Shown here piece after piece: positions 51,577 through 64,000 of a stretch of 64,000 nt of DNA. Origin of the DNA: Octopus sinensis (taxonomy: Eukaryota); assembly GCF_006345805.1 (NCBI RefSeq), contig NC_043001.1:83204001-83268000 (forward strand), given 5' to 3'. Position 1 is the first letter of the stretch. Each line of letters starts with the position of its first letter. The notes beneath the pieces are model-generated. The model was given only the letters and a program-made list of their open reading frames with translations, had not been told where the DNA came from and did no database searches. Position numbers and translations under genes: made by a program.

Positions 51577-52225
51577 TCGTGGCTTAGTGGTTAGGGTACA
51601 CAGATCACGATCGTAAGGTCGCAAGTTCGATTCCTGGCATTCTGTGTCATGCTGAATCTCCTTGAGAACTACTTTAAGGACACGCGTGTCTGTGGAGTGC
51701 TCTGCCGCTCACACGTTAATTTCACGAGCAGGCTGTTCCGTTGATTGGGTCAACTGGAACTCGCGTCGTCGTAACAGACGGGGTGCCAGTTTTGTTTTGT
51801 AGAATATAAATGTAAAGACGCGTGGCCTAGTGGTTATGGTGTTGCCTCGATCGCAAAATCGTGGATTCGATTCCCAGACTGGCGGAACGTTGTGTTCTTC
51901 AGCAAAACGCTTCGTTTCACGTCGTTCCAATGTCACCGTGATCACCGTTACCGACCAGGCTATCAGATGTTGCTACACATCGCTGATCACAATGTGCTTC
52001 GTATTGTTTTAGCCTTCAAATGACGTCACCCTGCTGGTTAAGCGAGCAGGCCACTAGAAGAAAGAGTGAGAGAAAGCTGTGGCGAAAGAGTACAGCAAGG
52101 ATCGCCACCCACCCCCTGTCGGGGCCTCGAGGAGCTTTAGGTGTTTCCGCTCAATAAACACTCACAACGCCCGGCCTGGGAATCGAAGCCGCGAGTCCGC
52201 TGCCCTAACTACTGGGCTATTACGG
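51577..52225. mobile_element. Cluster of family C-type SINEs with differing bodies
   Basis: Heads at about 51577 (+), 51817 (+) and 52225 (-), each with A and B boxes and followed by different 3' sequences. Confidence 0.75.
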
Positions 52226-53050
52226 CTCCCCACCGTTCCAATGTACTTAGTAGTATATCAGTAACGCTGCAATGGACTGGCGTCATGTTCAGAGATACTG
52301 TTGAGATCTTGGTCACGTAGACGCCATGAAAACAAGGTAATCTACTCAATGAGTCCCAGGAAATGAGATCTTAATTTTGTGTGTAGTGTATGTGGTTAAA
52401 GCGTGTGGCCTAGTGGTTAGTGTGTTGCACTTAAATTGCAACATTGTGGTTTCGATTCCCGGACTGGACGCTGCGTTGCCTTCATGACGAAAACATTTCA
52501 CTTGACGTTATTCCAGTACAGGTGTTCCGTCCAGGAGTGATGTCATGTATGTGTCATGTATGTGTTTGTCCCATCCCCCAATCACCGATTGACAACTGGT
52601 GTTGGTGCGTTTACGTTCATGTAACTTAGCTGTTCGGCAAAAGTGGCCGACAGAATAAGTGCTAGGCTTAAGAAAAAAGAAAGTCCTGAGGTCGAATTCT
52701 TTGACGAAAACCCTTCACGATAGTGCTCCAGCATGGCCTCAGTCAAATGACTGAAACAAGTAAAACAATATGTATCGTTGCTATTATGTTAAACTGTCCT
52801 ATTTGGCCCAAAAGCATGTTTACAGTTACCACGTAGGCACTTTAAATTTCTTTTAAAGCATTTTCTTACATTTAAATTTCTTTCTTACAAACTGAAAAGG
52901 GAGCTTGACAAAATTAACTAAATTAGCATAGAATAATGGTTTCATATTTTTTTTATAATCAAGATCTAAACTGTTAATATATGAATGCGAAAGGGATAGT
53001 TGAATAACTGTAAACCTATTTTGGGGTCACCCTGTATACATCTCTTTACC

Positions 53051-53258
53051 CTTTTACTCTTTTACTTGTTTCAGTCATGTGACTGTGGCCGTGCTGGAGC
53101 ACCGCCTTTAGTCGAGCAAATCGATCCCAGGACTTATTCTTTGTAAGCCTAGTACTTATTCTATTGGGCTCTTTTTGCCGAACCGCTACGTTATGGGGAC
53201 GTAAACACACCAGCATCGGTTGTCAAGTGATGTTGGGGGGACAAACACAGACACACAA

Positions 53259-53316
<58 letters not shown>

Positions 53317-53478
53317 GATGGGCTTCTTTCAGTTTCCATCGACCAAATCCACTCACAAGGCTTTGATTGGCCCGAGGCTATAGTAGAAGTCACTTGCCCA
53401 AGGTGCCACGGAGTGGGACTGAACCTGGAACCATGTGGTTCGTAAGAAAAGCTACTTACCACACAGCCACTCCTACGC
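53051..53478 (-). mobile_element. SINE family B, full length
   Basis: Complete head, microsatellite and tail. Confidence 0.9.
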
Positions 53479-53544
53479 TTATTATATATATATTATTATA
53501 TTATATATAAATCTCTAAGCGAGGTATAAACAGTACTGCTCTGT

Positions 53545-53800
53545 AATATAAGCGGGACCAGCCATCTGAATGTGGCTAGGGACAGGGCGGGGTGGTGGGG
53601 GTGTTACTGATGCATTTAGCCCCGGCGACTATAGACGTCACCAGGAGAGCCGACACCATCACGGTGTCCTAGCAAGGACACCGTGATGTTGTCGGCTCTC
53701 CTGGTGACGTCTATAGTCGCCTGGGGCTAAATGCATCAGTAACACCCCACACACCCCGCCCTGTCCCTAGCCACATTCAGATGGCTGGTCCGCTTATATT
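53545..53800. repeat. GC-rich fold-back palindrome (~125-bp arms, 4-nt loop)
   Basis: AATATAAGCGGGACCAGCCATCTG...GGTGTCCT-AGCA-AGGACACC...CAGATGGCTGGTCCGCTTATATT. Confidence 0.95.
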
Positions 53801-54817
53801 ATATATATATATATATATTATATATATGTACTTTGGACAAGTGTCTTCAATCTCGTAAATCAGCAAGAGAACCGAAGAAGAGATTCTATACTTAAAGAGT
53901 ACTAAGGTCGAGTCGCCTGACTAAATTCTTCAAGGCGGCTAAGTGATTACATAGACCTCCAGTATTCAACTGGTATTTATTTTACCAATCACGAAAGAGA
54001 TGAAAGGTAATTTCGACTCCAATGGCATTTGAAACGGGAACGTAAAGACGGCTGAAATGCCGCTCAGCAATTTGCCTGGTCTGCTAACGGTCTTATTTCT
54101 TTATTGCCCACAGGGGGCTAAACATAGAGGGGACAAACAAGGACAGACAAACGGATTAAGTCGATTACATCGACCGCAGTGCGTAACTGGTACTTAATTT
54201 ATCGGCCCCGAAAGGATGAAAGGCAAAGTCGACCTCGGCGGAATTTGAACTCAGAACGTAGCGGCAGACGAAATACCGCAAAGCATTTCGCCCGGCGTGC
54301 TAACCATTCTGCCAGCTTACCACCTTCACTCACTCACTCACTCACTCACTCACATTTCAAGTTTTGGTACAAGGCTAACAATTTGGGGGGACGGTGAGGA
54401 GTGGTAAGTTGATTACATCGACCCCCCCCCCAAATGCTCCACTGGTACTTGTTTTATCGACCCTGAAAGGTTGAAAAGCAAAGTCGGCCTCGGCGGAATT
54501 TGAACTCAGGACGGATGATATGCCACTAGGCAATTTGCTCGGCGTGCTAAAGATTCTGTCTGCTTACCGCCTTACACACACGCACAAAAACACACACCAC
54601 GCACAAAAACACACACACGCACAAAAACACACACACATACAGCATCTGACTCATCTCAGTAGGATGGACTTATCTCATCAGATATCTGACGAGATGTGTC
54701 CGTCCGACAAGCCCATAAGTCAGGTGAAGCTAACTGTTATTTAAAAAATATATGTCGCTCCTACCAAATGTTCTAAGTGCTGCTTTCTTTTGTTTGCCCA
54801 CTCACACGTGTGTGCAT

Positions 54818-54857
<40 letters not shown>

Positions 54858-54925
54858 GTGTGTGTGTTTGATGATGCAATTAGGAAAAACAGAACTCAAA
54901 CCATGACTGTGTATGTATGTATGTA

Positions 54926-54959
<34 letters not shown>

Positions 54960-55652
54960 ATTTAGAGAAAAACCACTATTAAACAATTCAATAAAGAAGG
55001 ATGTTATTCACACCATATAGAAAAGATATACTAAAAAAAAAAACTTATTTTAAATCAATAAATAGTAAACAGTAGTAAAAAGACTACGCACGTTTCATGG
55101 CTATATTTTCAAAAGAAAAAAATATATATATATATCCTTTTATTAATATTTACGTGGTCGACTCTGCCTTTCATTCTTTCGGGGTCAATAGAATAAGTAC
55201 CAGTTGAGCGCTGGGTCAATGCAATCGAATTCAACTCCTCCCACGAAATTGCTGGTTTTGTGCCGAAATTTGAAGCCAATATTTAGCAGAGGTCGAGAGA
55301 TGTGTGTGTCTGCTCATGGCGGGAAGCACGTGTTGGGGCTTGAATCGAAGCTGGGTGCGAGACGAAATGGTACACCGATATACTTTCCAAAATAGTACAG
55401 AGTTTGGGAAGGGAAAAGAACAAAGAAAATAAAGAAATGCACTATTGGAGCTTCTTACTGAGTTGCACATGAATCAATCCACTAAGTGGATACACACACA
55501 TACGGGCAACGCGCACATTGCATCTTCTGCAGTAGTATGGATTACGATAAAAGCTAATATTTGGATATGCTAGACTGGTGATGAGCTTTGACATTCCAGA
55601 GGTCAAATAGCTCTCACAAGGTCAGTTACAAAGAATTCTTTGTCTTCAGTCG

Positions 55653-56562
55653 TTTACTTGTTTCGGTCATTAGACTGCGGCCATGCTAAGGCACCACACT
55701 GAAGGACTTTTTTTAGTCGAATGAATCGATTCCAGAATTTATTTCTTTTTAAAAAGCCTGGTACATATTTCATCGGGTCTTTTTACCGAACCGCTAAGTT
55801 AAGGGAACTAACAGCGGTTGTCAAGCGGTCGTGGAGGACACAGCACACACACACACATACACACACACACACATATACATATATATAATATATATATATA
55901 TATACATATATACATATATATATACATACATATATATATATATATAATATATATATATATATAATATATATATATATACACATACATATACATGTACACA
56001 TATACATATACATATATATATTATATATATACATACATACATATACATGTACACATATACATATACATATATATATATATACATACATACATATACATGT
56101 ACACATATACATATACATATATATACATACATACATACATATACATGTACACATATACATATATATATACATACATACATATACATGTACACATATACAT
56201 ATACATATATATATATATACATACATACATATACATGTACACATATACATATACATATATATATACATACATACATATACATGTACACATATACATATAT
56301 ATATATACATATACACATACATATATATAAATACATATAAGTATACACATATATACATATACATATATACATACATATATACATATATATGCTCATATAC
56401 ATATATACATATACACACATATATATATACATATATAATATATACATACATATATATATTCATATATATATATACATACATATATATATATTATACATAC
56501 ATATATATATATATATATACACACATGTATGTATATATATATACACACGCACACATGCATAC

Positions 56563-56610
<48 letters not shown>

Positions 56611-56785
56611 CACATTATACACCGTGGTGACGAGCTTTTTTTCAGTTTCCGTATACCAAATCCACTCGCAAGGCTTTGGTCGGCCTGCGACGGCTATAAT
56701 AGAAGCAGCTTGCCTAAGGTGCTGCACATGGATCTGAACCCTAGACCACATATGTTTAGGTAGCAAGTTTCTTAACCACACAACT
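55653..56785 (-). mobile_element. SINE family B with ~750-bp expanded internal micro/minisatellite
   Basis: Tail at 55653-55845 and head at 56635-56785. Repeated ~40-48-bp CATACATATACATGTACACATATAC units lie between them. Confidence 0.8.
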
Positions 56786-57344
56786 AAAACCCGAGCCTTT
56801 TGTGTATTATAATTCACTATGAGAAATTATAATTCTGTTATGTATTAACACGAAAGTATGTCTGTGTGTGATTTCGCTAAGCATGTCTACAATTGTTTAG
56901 ATATGTTTTCGTGTGTGTGTGTGTGTACGCATAATTGTTGGTTCGTTATATTTACTCTATGTATGTGTGTAGGTTTTTCCTTCGGGATGTGTGTGTGTGT
57001 GTTTGTTTGCGTTTGTTTGCGTAATTAATTCTTTGTTATGCTATTGCATGTATGGAAACATCGACAAGCGAAGGATATCTGGTAAGCTGTATCTCTATGT
57101 GCGTGTGTTCGCGACAGCCTTTATTCCCGTGTGCGTGTGTATGTATGCATGTGCTTACTATTCACATTCCATGCCGCCCTGTTGTTATTAACTCTACCTT
57201 ATTTATCATGGATTTCCAATCGCGGTGAGGACGATCTTTGTTTTTCATCACTTCGGGGTTATTGAAATACACTACCCGTCAAATACTAAGGTCGAGGTAT
57301 CGTCTAACTCCTTCCCCTTAAATTCTTCGATTTGTGCAGAAATC

Positions 57345-57950
57345 AGAAGGCGGATTAGGAGAATCGTAAGCACGCCGGACAAAATGCATAGCAGCGTTAC
57401 GTCAGACTGTACGTTCTGAGTTCAAATTCCGCCGAGGTGAACTTTGCCTTTTATCCTTCCTAGATCATTGAAAAACTACCTGTTGAGCACGGGGGGTGGG
57501 GTTGATATAATCGACCAAAATGTCAGGCCATGTGCCTGTAGTAGAAAGGATTATTATTATTATGGCAGAATCGTTAGCGCACTGGGCGAAATGCTTAGCG
57601 GTATTTCGTCTGCAGTTACGCTCTGAGTTCAAATTCCGCCGAGGTCGACTTTACCTTTCATCCTTTCGGGGTCGATAAATTAAGTACCAGTGAAACACTG
57701 GGGTCGATGTAATCGACTTAATCCGTTTGTCTGTCCTTGTTTGTCCTCTCTCTGTTTAGCCCCTTGTGGGTAGTAAAGAAATAGGTATTTCGTCTGTCAC
57801 TACGTTTTGAATTCAAATTCTGCTGAAATCAACTTTGCCGTTCATCCTTTCGGAGTCGACAAATTAAGTACGAGTTGCCTACTGGGGTCGATCTAATCGA
57901 CTGGCCCCCTCCCCCCCACAATTTCAGAGCTTGTACCTTTAGTAGAAAGG

Positions 57951-57960
<10 letters not shown>
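57345..57960 (+). mobile_element. SINE family A cluster including a dimer
   Basis: Second unit begins GGTATTTCGTCTG at 57784, directly after GTAGTAAAGAAATA. Confidence 0.8.
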
Positions 57961-57987
<27 letters not shown>

Positions 57988-58924
57988 GATGAAGGAGAGT
58001 TCGGTTGGCAGAATCGGTAAAGAGTCAGGCACATTTACTTTGCTGTAATTTTTCCCGGTTTCTTACAAACTGAGTTCAAATCATGCCGAGGCTGTAAATT
58101 GTAATGTGTGCGCCCCCAGCGCACATTAGAATCCAATGTTATTCTAATCTGCACAATTTGAAAGGTGTTTTTTCTGAAAGTTATGAGGAAACAAAGCCGA
58201 CTCGTGTAAATTTTCCGAAACTCCTCTCCCCACACTCGGAAAATTTATTCACAATAAATTCCGATTAAATCGGAATCTAAATCACCTGAAAAGTATTCGT
58301 AGAAAACATTAAAAATATCCACTTTTCCGAAACGTATTAAGTAACAAAGTTGATAGGGGTGAAGTACACTTGTGTAGGTATGCCGCATTATTAGTCGAGT
58401 CTAGGTTTTTGGATTAATTTGTCCCAAATTCCTAGCAGTAACGTGTAGTATTCTTTCCAGTATCAATTTAAATACATTTATAACTTGCAATATTAGAAAA
58501 TTGTGATGTTCTCTATCCAATTTCCTATTTTGAGCAGATTAGAGTTAATTTTTTAACTTGGTGTACTTGTTAGAGCTCCAGGCAAAATGTTTTGCAATAT
58601 TTATATCGGATCACTAGGGTTTAAGTTGAATTTTTTCCATGATTATCCTTGCTTTTTTATATTGCGTCAATGCAGTGGATTGGCTGAAAGTCGGACAGGA
58701 GTACCTTATGGGCATTTGTTCCAGTTTGGGTGGTAGATTTCATCTGTCATCTTGTTTGACTCCAACATTCGGTCTTCGAGCGCCTTCTAGAAAGAATTCG
58801 AGCCAAGTATCCGGTTTGAGGATAAATCCCTCCCTTCCGTTCCCCAGTCTTGGATGCCCTGAAAATATAAAGGGATTATGGGTACTAGCCCTCCCATCCT
58901 GACTAAGAGGTAAAATAACAGCTC

Positions 58925-59175
58925 CGTGTGTGTGTATGTGTGGGTGTTAGTCTTGTTATGACGTGATGCTTGTAAACGGTCGTCACCGCCATGTGAGCGG
59001 TGTAGTTCATTTCCCGTTTAGCCATGGGGAAATATAACCTTGGATGGAAACTAGTGACAGTGGCCGACAGGAAAGGGATGCTGTCATAGAAATTCTACCT
59101 CAACAAAAATTCTACATGCCCCATGCAAGTTTTTTTTAAAGTGGACATTAAAAAGATTACGATGATGATGATGAT
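58925..59175 (+). mobile_element. 3' part of a retroposon ending in (GAT)n, tail resembling RTE-associated elements
   Basis: GGCCGACAGGAAAGGGATGCTGTCATAGAAA...CCATGCAAG...GTGGACATTAAAA-(GAT)n. An inverted relative starts at about 63885 and runs off the window. Confidence 0.55.
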
Positions 59176-59279
59176 TCTGTCCCTTCATTGATATTTTAAG
59201 TGACAATAACATAATGCGGCGACATTAATGGGAGGTTCCTAAATTGATGAAGGTCGACGGGTTCCGAGGGCTCCTTTAA

Positions 59280-59760
59280 CCTTCTTTATTAAACGCTGCA
59301 GTATTGACATCTGGCGTGACTTCCTACTTTCATTCTTCCAAAATGTCATCGTAAAACTTTAACATTAAGTTGACTCTTGTTTGAATGCCATTGTCGGTTT
59401 CCCAATCATGATCATTATCACCGTGTTCAACAAATGAAATACAAATTTTAACAAAAGAATTCTTGGTATTTTGCTTCTTATTTCCTGATTACCTCCATTT
59501 CTACGATTTCCTCTAGTGTGTCAACCTCGTGTTGTTCAAGTTGCTCACCTTGGCTATCCAACAACAGATCAACATCATCTGTTTAAATATTATCAATGCC
59601 AATAAATTTAGCCACGACAGAGACGTTTTCTAACACTTGCTAAAACATTTTCTATCTTTACACATCACTGTTTCATAGCTGAACATATGTCATACGCCAT
59701 TTAGCCTGAATTGTAACACTTTCCCCCAAGGTAGATTCAATGCTTGCAATATCCATTAGG
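59280..59760 (-). pseudogene. pogo/Tigger transposase C-terminal remnant
   Basis: WGKVLQFRLNGV*, then VAKFIGIDNI*TDDVDLLLDSQGEQL, then YDDILEE*K..QMSILQ. Resembles the Tigger C-terminus. Confidence 0.55.
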
Positions 59761-59858
59761 CCAGCTGTCCCCAACCTTTTTAGCAGCACGGACCAGGGAA
59801 TCACGTACTTAACAAAAAAAAAAATGATAAAGTGACATAATATATAGTTTATTACGTA

Positions 59859-60219
59859 CTAGCACTGTGACCCGGCAACGCCGGGTCATAATGCTAGTGC
59901 ATGTATATACAGCTGCGTGCGTGCGCACATACACGCGAGTACTGTCCAAATCTCCGACCAATCACATACAGCTAGCCGGCATTCAATTGGCGTATCAAGT
60001 TTCAGGCATTTTGATTGGGTTTTGGATAGAGAATTCACAAAAAGTCACTTCTATTGATTTTTTAATGGCTTTGCGGGGTGACTGGGGAAATGTAAAGATG
60101 TGCACGACCACCCTTGGACGGTTTTGAATGGCCATAGAAAGTGTGAGCCCTCTAACTGAAAAATTGTGGATTTGTATAAAGGACACGCACGCAGACATTT
60201 TGCCATTTATATAGAGAGA
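59859..60219 (-). mobile_element. Non-autonomous Helitron
   Basis: 5' TC (60219-60218) followed by TATATAAAT..GTCTGCGTGCGTG. 3' hairpin GACCCGGC-GTT-GCCGGGTC, then ACAGTG-CTAG|T. Confidence 0.7.
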
Positions 60220-60234
60220 AATATAAGACGTATA

Positions 60235-60600
60235 TCTATTATATAAAATCCGTTGTGTGTGTGTGTGTGTCTTCTAGGATCTCGGGCATCCCCCATCCGA
60301 TTGCGCTCAAATTTGATATGTAGATACCGACGGTATTGCAAAAATCGATTCCAGGTGAGAATGCGATCGATAAAGCCGTGGGAACGTGCATTTTAACGCG
60401 CAAGGACATCACCTGTTGCGATCGATACTACGCGTACGCGAGAAAAATGCACGTGCAGTTTGCGCAAAAAAAGCCGGCTGGCTTGAAATAATACCACAAA
60501 ATGCAGTATATTTAAGAGACCAAAAAAGTTAAATGTTTGACAACTCAGCACCGTCCATTGGACGGGGGGCGTTTTGCTCGTATGTAATATATGAGACATA
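60235..60600 (+). mobile_element. 5' end of a second non-autonomous Helitron
   Basis: A|TCTATTATATAAAA-(GT)n-...CCGATTGCGCTCAAATTTG, typical of Helitron 5' regions. 3' CTRR end not found. Confidence 0.55.
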
Positions 60601-62659
60601 TATAATACAAATAATAAAAAGAAAAAAACTTACACGCTGCGATTGTTAATAAAATGGAATTTCGTAAATGGAAAATGAAAGAAGTTCGTCCTGTGGGTGT
60701 TTGTCATGAACCACCGCTTGACAACCAGTGTTGGTGTGTTTACGTCCCTGTAACTTTTCGGTTCAGCAAAAGGAACCCAATAAAATAAGTACCAGGTTTA
60801 AAAATAAAAAAAAAATTAAGTCCTAGGGTCGATTTGTTCGACTAGAAATTCCTCAAGGTGGTGCCCCAGCATGGCCGCAGTCCAATGACTGAAACAAATA
60901 AAAGATATAATATAATCTTTAATACAGTTAGCTGAAGACGCTACATTCTACGCTTCTGACTTAAAGCAATTCAATGCAACGAATCAAATTTTCCTCATTT
61001 TTCGGCAGGTGTTGACTTACAACAATTTATAAACACAATATGAAGTCATCAATCTTAACTGACTTGGAAGGCCTGCAAGAACTATAGGCTCTACGCCTTC
61101 TTCCAAACTCGTCAAGTAAATTAATAATAGCATTCTCTATATTTCTGATCTATGTTGTGTTGCGCATGTGCATTATTAACCCGCACTCGGACGCTTATAA
61201 ACGTTTCCATGCGATGATGTTATTTGTGCTTAACTATACCCTTCTTACATTTACAGAGAAGGGTGTATTGCATAAGGTACAATAGACTTTTCTAAATCGT
61301 AACATAACCGAGTCAGTCAGACAGATTAGACACCAGTACTTCACTGGCACTTTTTTTTTTATCTATCCCCGGCAATATTTATTCCAGCATAGTTTGAGCT
61401 CACAACACTAAGAGAGTAGGAACAACTTACCAAAAGACTTCAATCTAACTCTGTAATGAATCGATCATCTTGCTGCTTTGCACGAATTACACACGAATTA
61501 CAATACCCGCCACATACACGTTACGCAAGCACACACATCAACTATATCAGAGCCACATACTAATATTTATATTCACACGCATAAGATATAATTGACAAGC
61601 ACACCCATCACGTACACTCTAGCCTGGAATGTCAAACATACTGCTCGCGGCCATGCGTAGTCTTATCCTCCAGCTCAGTTTTATAAATGAAAAATAATTA
61701 TTATTTTTCAATTCTAAAATATTCTGTAATATAATATATATTGCTGTCATGAAATCAGAGTTGGAGCGTGACTATAGTCGTGATTAGCACATGTTCTGAT
61801 TTAAAAAAAAAATCAATGCACATTAAGGACTCATTTGCTTGAATGATGTGACCTATTTCTCCTTCACTTTGTCTTTACAGAGAAATTTCTTTTATTTCTT
61901 TTTAATTTTTTCTTTTTAATATTTATGCTCGTGTTCATCTGAATAGATTCTAGTGGTATAAATGACATTGAAAGGTTTTCCAAATGAAAGGTGTGAGCTA
62001 AGCATAACTTTTCCACTAAAAAAAAAAAATACCAAAAAAACCTACATGCATTCATTTGCACTCTAAGGACTCTTACTTGATATGACTATGTATAAACATG
62101 GGGGTGAGGAGATAATTTTTTTCCATACGTCTTTGCGTACAAACTTTGCAAACATCTCTCATTCTTTCGTTTATATACAAAATCTTGATTTATGTTTATT
62201 TGTCTCTTCTCGACACTCGCAGTATCTGCAGCATTCTGTTGTTGTTGAAAGAATAACGAATAAGTGACACTGAACAAAATAAATTTCTTTTATTAATTCA
62301 ATGGTTATCATTAACATTTAATTTATCGATTGTCACTGAGATAGCCACCCGAAGGGTTCAGTCCCACGGTATGACATCTTTGGCATGTCTTGTGCTGACC
62401 AAAGCCTTATGGACAGATTTAGTTGATAGAAACTGAAAAAAGCCCGTACACTTACTTTCGTATTTGTAGTACTTTATCCAATAGCCCCATACACACATCT
62501 GGATATTAATGGTGCTCTACTCTGATAGTACCCTACACATACCTTGTAATTTGTGGTACTCCGATAGGTTTATACACATACGTTGATACTTGTGATACTC
62601 TATTCCAGTAGTTGAAGCTGAAGTCTCGGTTAAATTTTACCTGTTTGCCACTGGCATTA

Positions 62660-62950
62660 ATGATGGTTTGAAATTTTGGCACAAGGCCAGCAATTTTGAG
62701 GGAGGGGATTACATCGACCCTAGTACTTAACTGGTATTTTACTTCTTTACTGCCCACAGGGGGATAAACATAGAGAAGACAAACAAGGACAGACAAAGGG
62801 ATTGTCGATTACATCGACCCCAGTGCGTAACGGGTACTTATTTAATCGACCCCGAAAGAATGAAAGACAAAGACGACCTCGGCGGAATTTGAACGAAATG
62901 CCCGCTAAGCATTTCGCCCGGCGTGCTAACAATTCTGCCAGCTCGCCGCC
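62660..62950 (-). mobile_element. SINE family A composite with TSD
   Basis: Flanked by CCACTGG(C/T)ATT at about 62648 and 62954. Confidence 0.8.
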
Positions 62951-63121
62951 TTTCCACTGGTATTGCAAACGGAATTACTGTCAACAGAAACTGGAGCAAG
63001 AAAAATTGAATGAACTCTCAAATGACATTAACAAGAGACAGAACTGATTAATCCAAACACGTATTTCATAAAAGCTTGACGTCGTCTTTTGGGACAGCAA
63101 TTACTGCAAGGGTTGTTGCTA

Positions 63122-63345
63122 TAAGGCGGTGAGCTGGCAGAATCCATAGCACGCCGGGCGAAATACTTAACGGTATTTCGTCTGCCGCTACGTTCTGAGT
63201 TCAAATTCCGCCGAGGTCGACTTTGCCTTTCATCCTTTCGGGGTCGATTAAATAAGTACCTGTTACGCACTGCGGTTGATGTAATCGGCTAAATCCCTTT
63301 GTTTGTCCTCTCTATGTTTAGCCCCCTGCGGGCAATAAAGAAACA
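63122..63345 (+). mobile_element. SINE family A with TSD
   Basis: AATTACTGCAAGGGTT at 63099-63114 and 63346-63361. Confidence 0.9.
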
Positions 63346-64000
63346 AATTACTGCAAGGGTTATGCAAGTCACTTTGGTTTTTGACAGATCCGTACCCTTA
63401 TGTATGAACTCTGCCGAAACATAGTAATGTTATCAACCTTGTTTCAGTACCATCAGTCTATGAACTTCTAGAAGGATTATTTACTGAATTTCACTTGAAT
63501 GAACTAAGCCTTTCTCTGTATATTTGCCTTCTGTCAGCTTGAAAGAGAGCACTCAGGAAATCGATATGTCTTGTCCTCTAACTTTCGAAGCAGCCCAAGC
63601 TCTGCAAGAATATCAGACCGATTTCTATTACATGTCAATATAAAGAATACATTTGGTTTCCCAAAACGATGAATGATTTTTTTTCAGAACCTAGAATCCA
63701 CAATGCAGGAAGTTAAAAGCACAACATATGTACCAATAAGGCCATTTAGCGCGTACGCACACCTAATTAATCGAGCCTTGGTAATAAATACTATATTCTT
63801 GTTCCCACGATTCCTTCGAATTTCTTGGAGTCACTCTTCAGCTTTACCTACCCACAATGCATTCATCATTATCATCGTCATTATTTAACGTCAGTTTTCT
63901 ACGCTGGCATGAGTTAGACGGTTTGACCGGAGCTGGTTAGTCAGAAAGCCACACCGGGTTCCATCGTCTGTTTTGACTTGGTTTCTACGACTTGATGCTC

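Noticed and set aside
54646-54723. Inverted repeat with opposed CTGATGA/CTGACGA
   Set aside because: No GAAA or stem III on either strand, so it is not a hammerhead as it stands.
62520-63720. Coding remnant beneath two SINE insertions
   Set aside because: After removing the SINEs no frame stays open for long or gives a recognisable motif.

Overview
AT-rich, microsatellite-saturated eukaryotic non-coding DNA. It is most likely an octopus (coleoid cephalopod) intron or intergenic region, inferred from its tRNA-derived SINE families and not verified by a search. I found no intact protein-coding gene or confident host exon, and nearly every ORF in the supplied track is a translation of simple repeats or SINEs. 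The window holds dozens of copies of three tRNA-headed SINE families and two restriction-like-endonuclease (R4/Dong-type) LINE remnants sitting in microsatellites. It also holds a CR1/L2-type LINE 3' end, decayed pogo/Tigger, hAT and Tc1/mariner transposases, MITEs and Helitron ends. The most striking unexplained signal is about a dozen hammerhead-ribozyme folds from several sequence-unrelated families (minimal type I, full type I and a type II topology). They repeatedly sit in inverted-repeat (fold-back) elements inserted in (TA)n or (AAT)n tracts. One element joins a tRNA-like Pol III head to a hammerhead-bearing tail and is flanked by a 12-bp target duplication. All folds were identified by eye, so ribozyme activity and novelty are untested.
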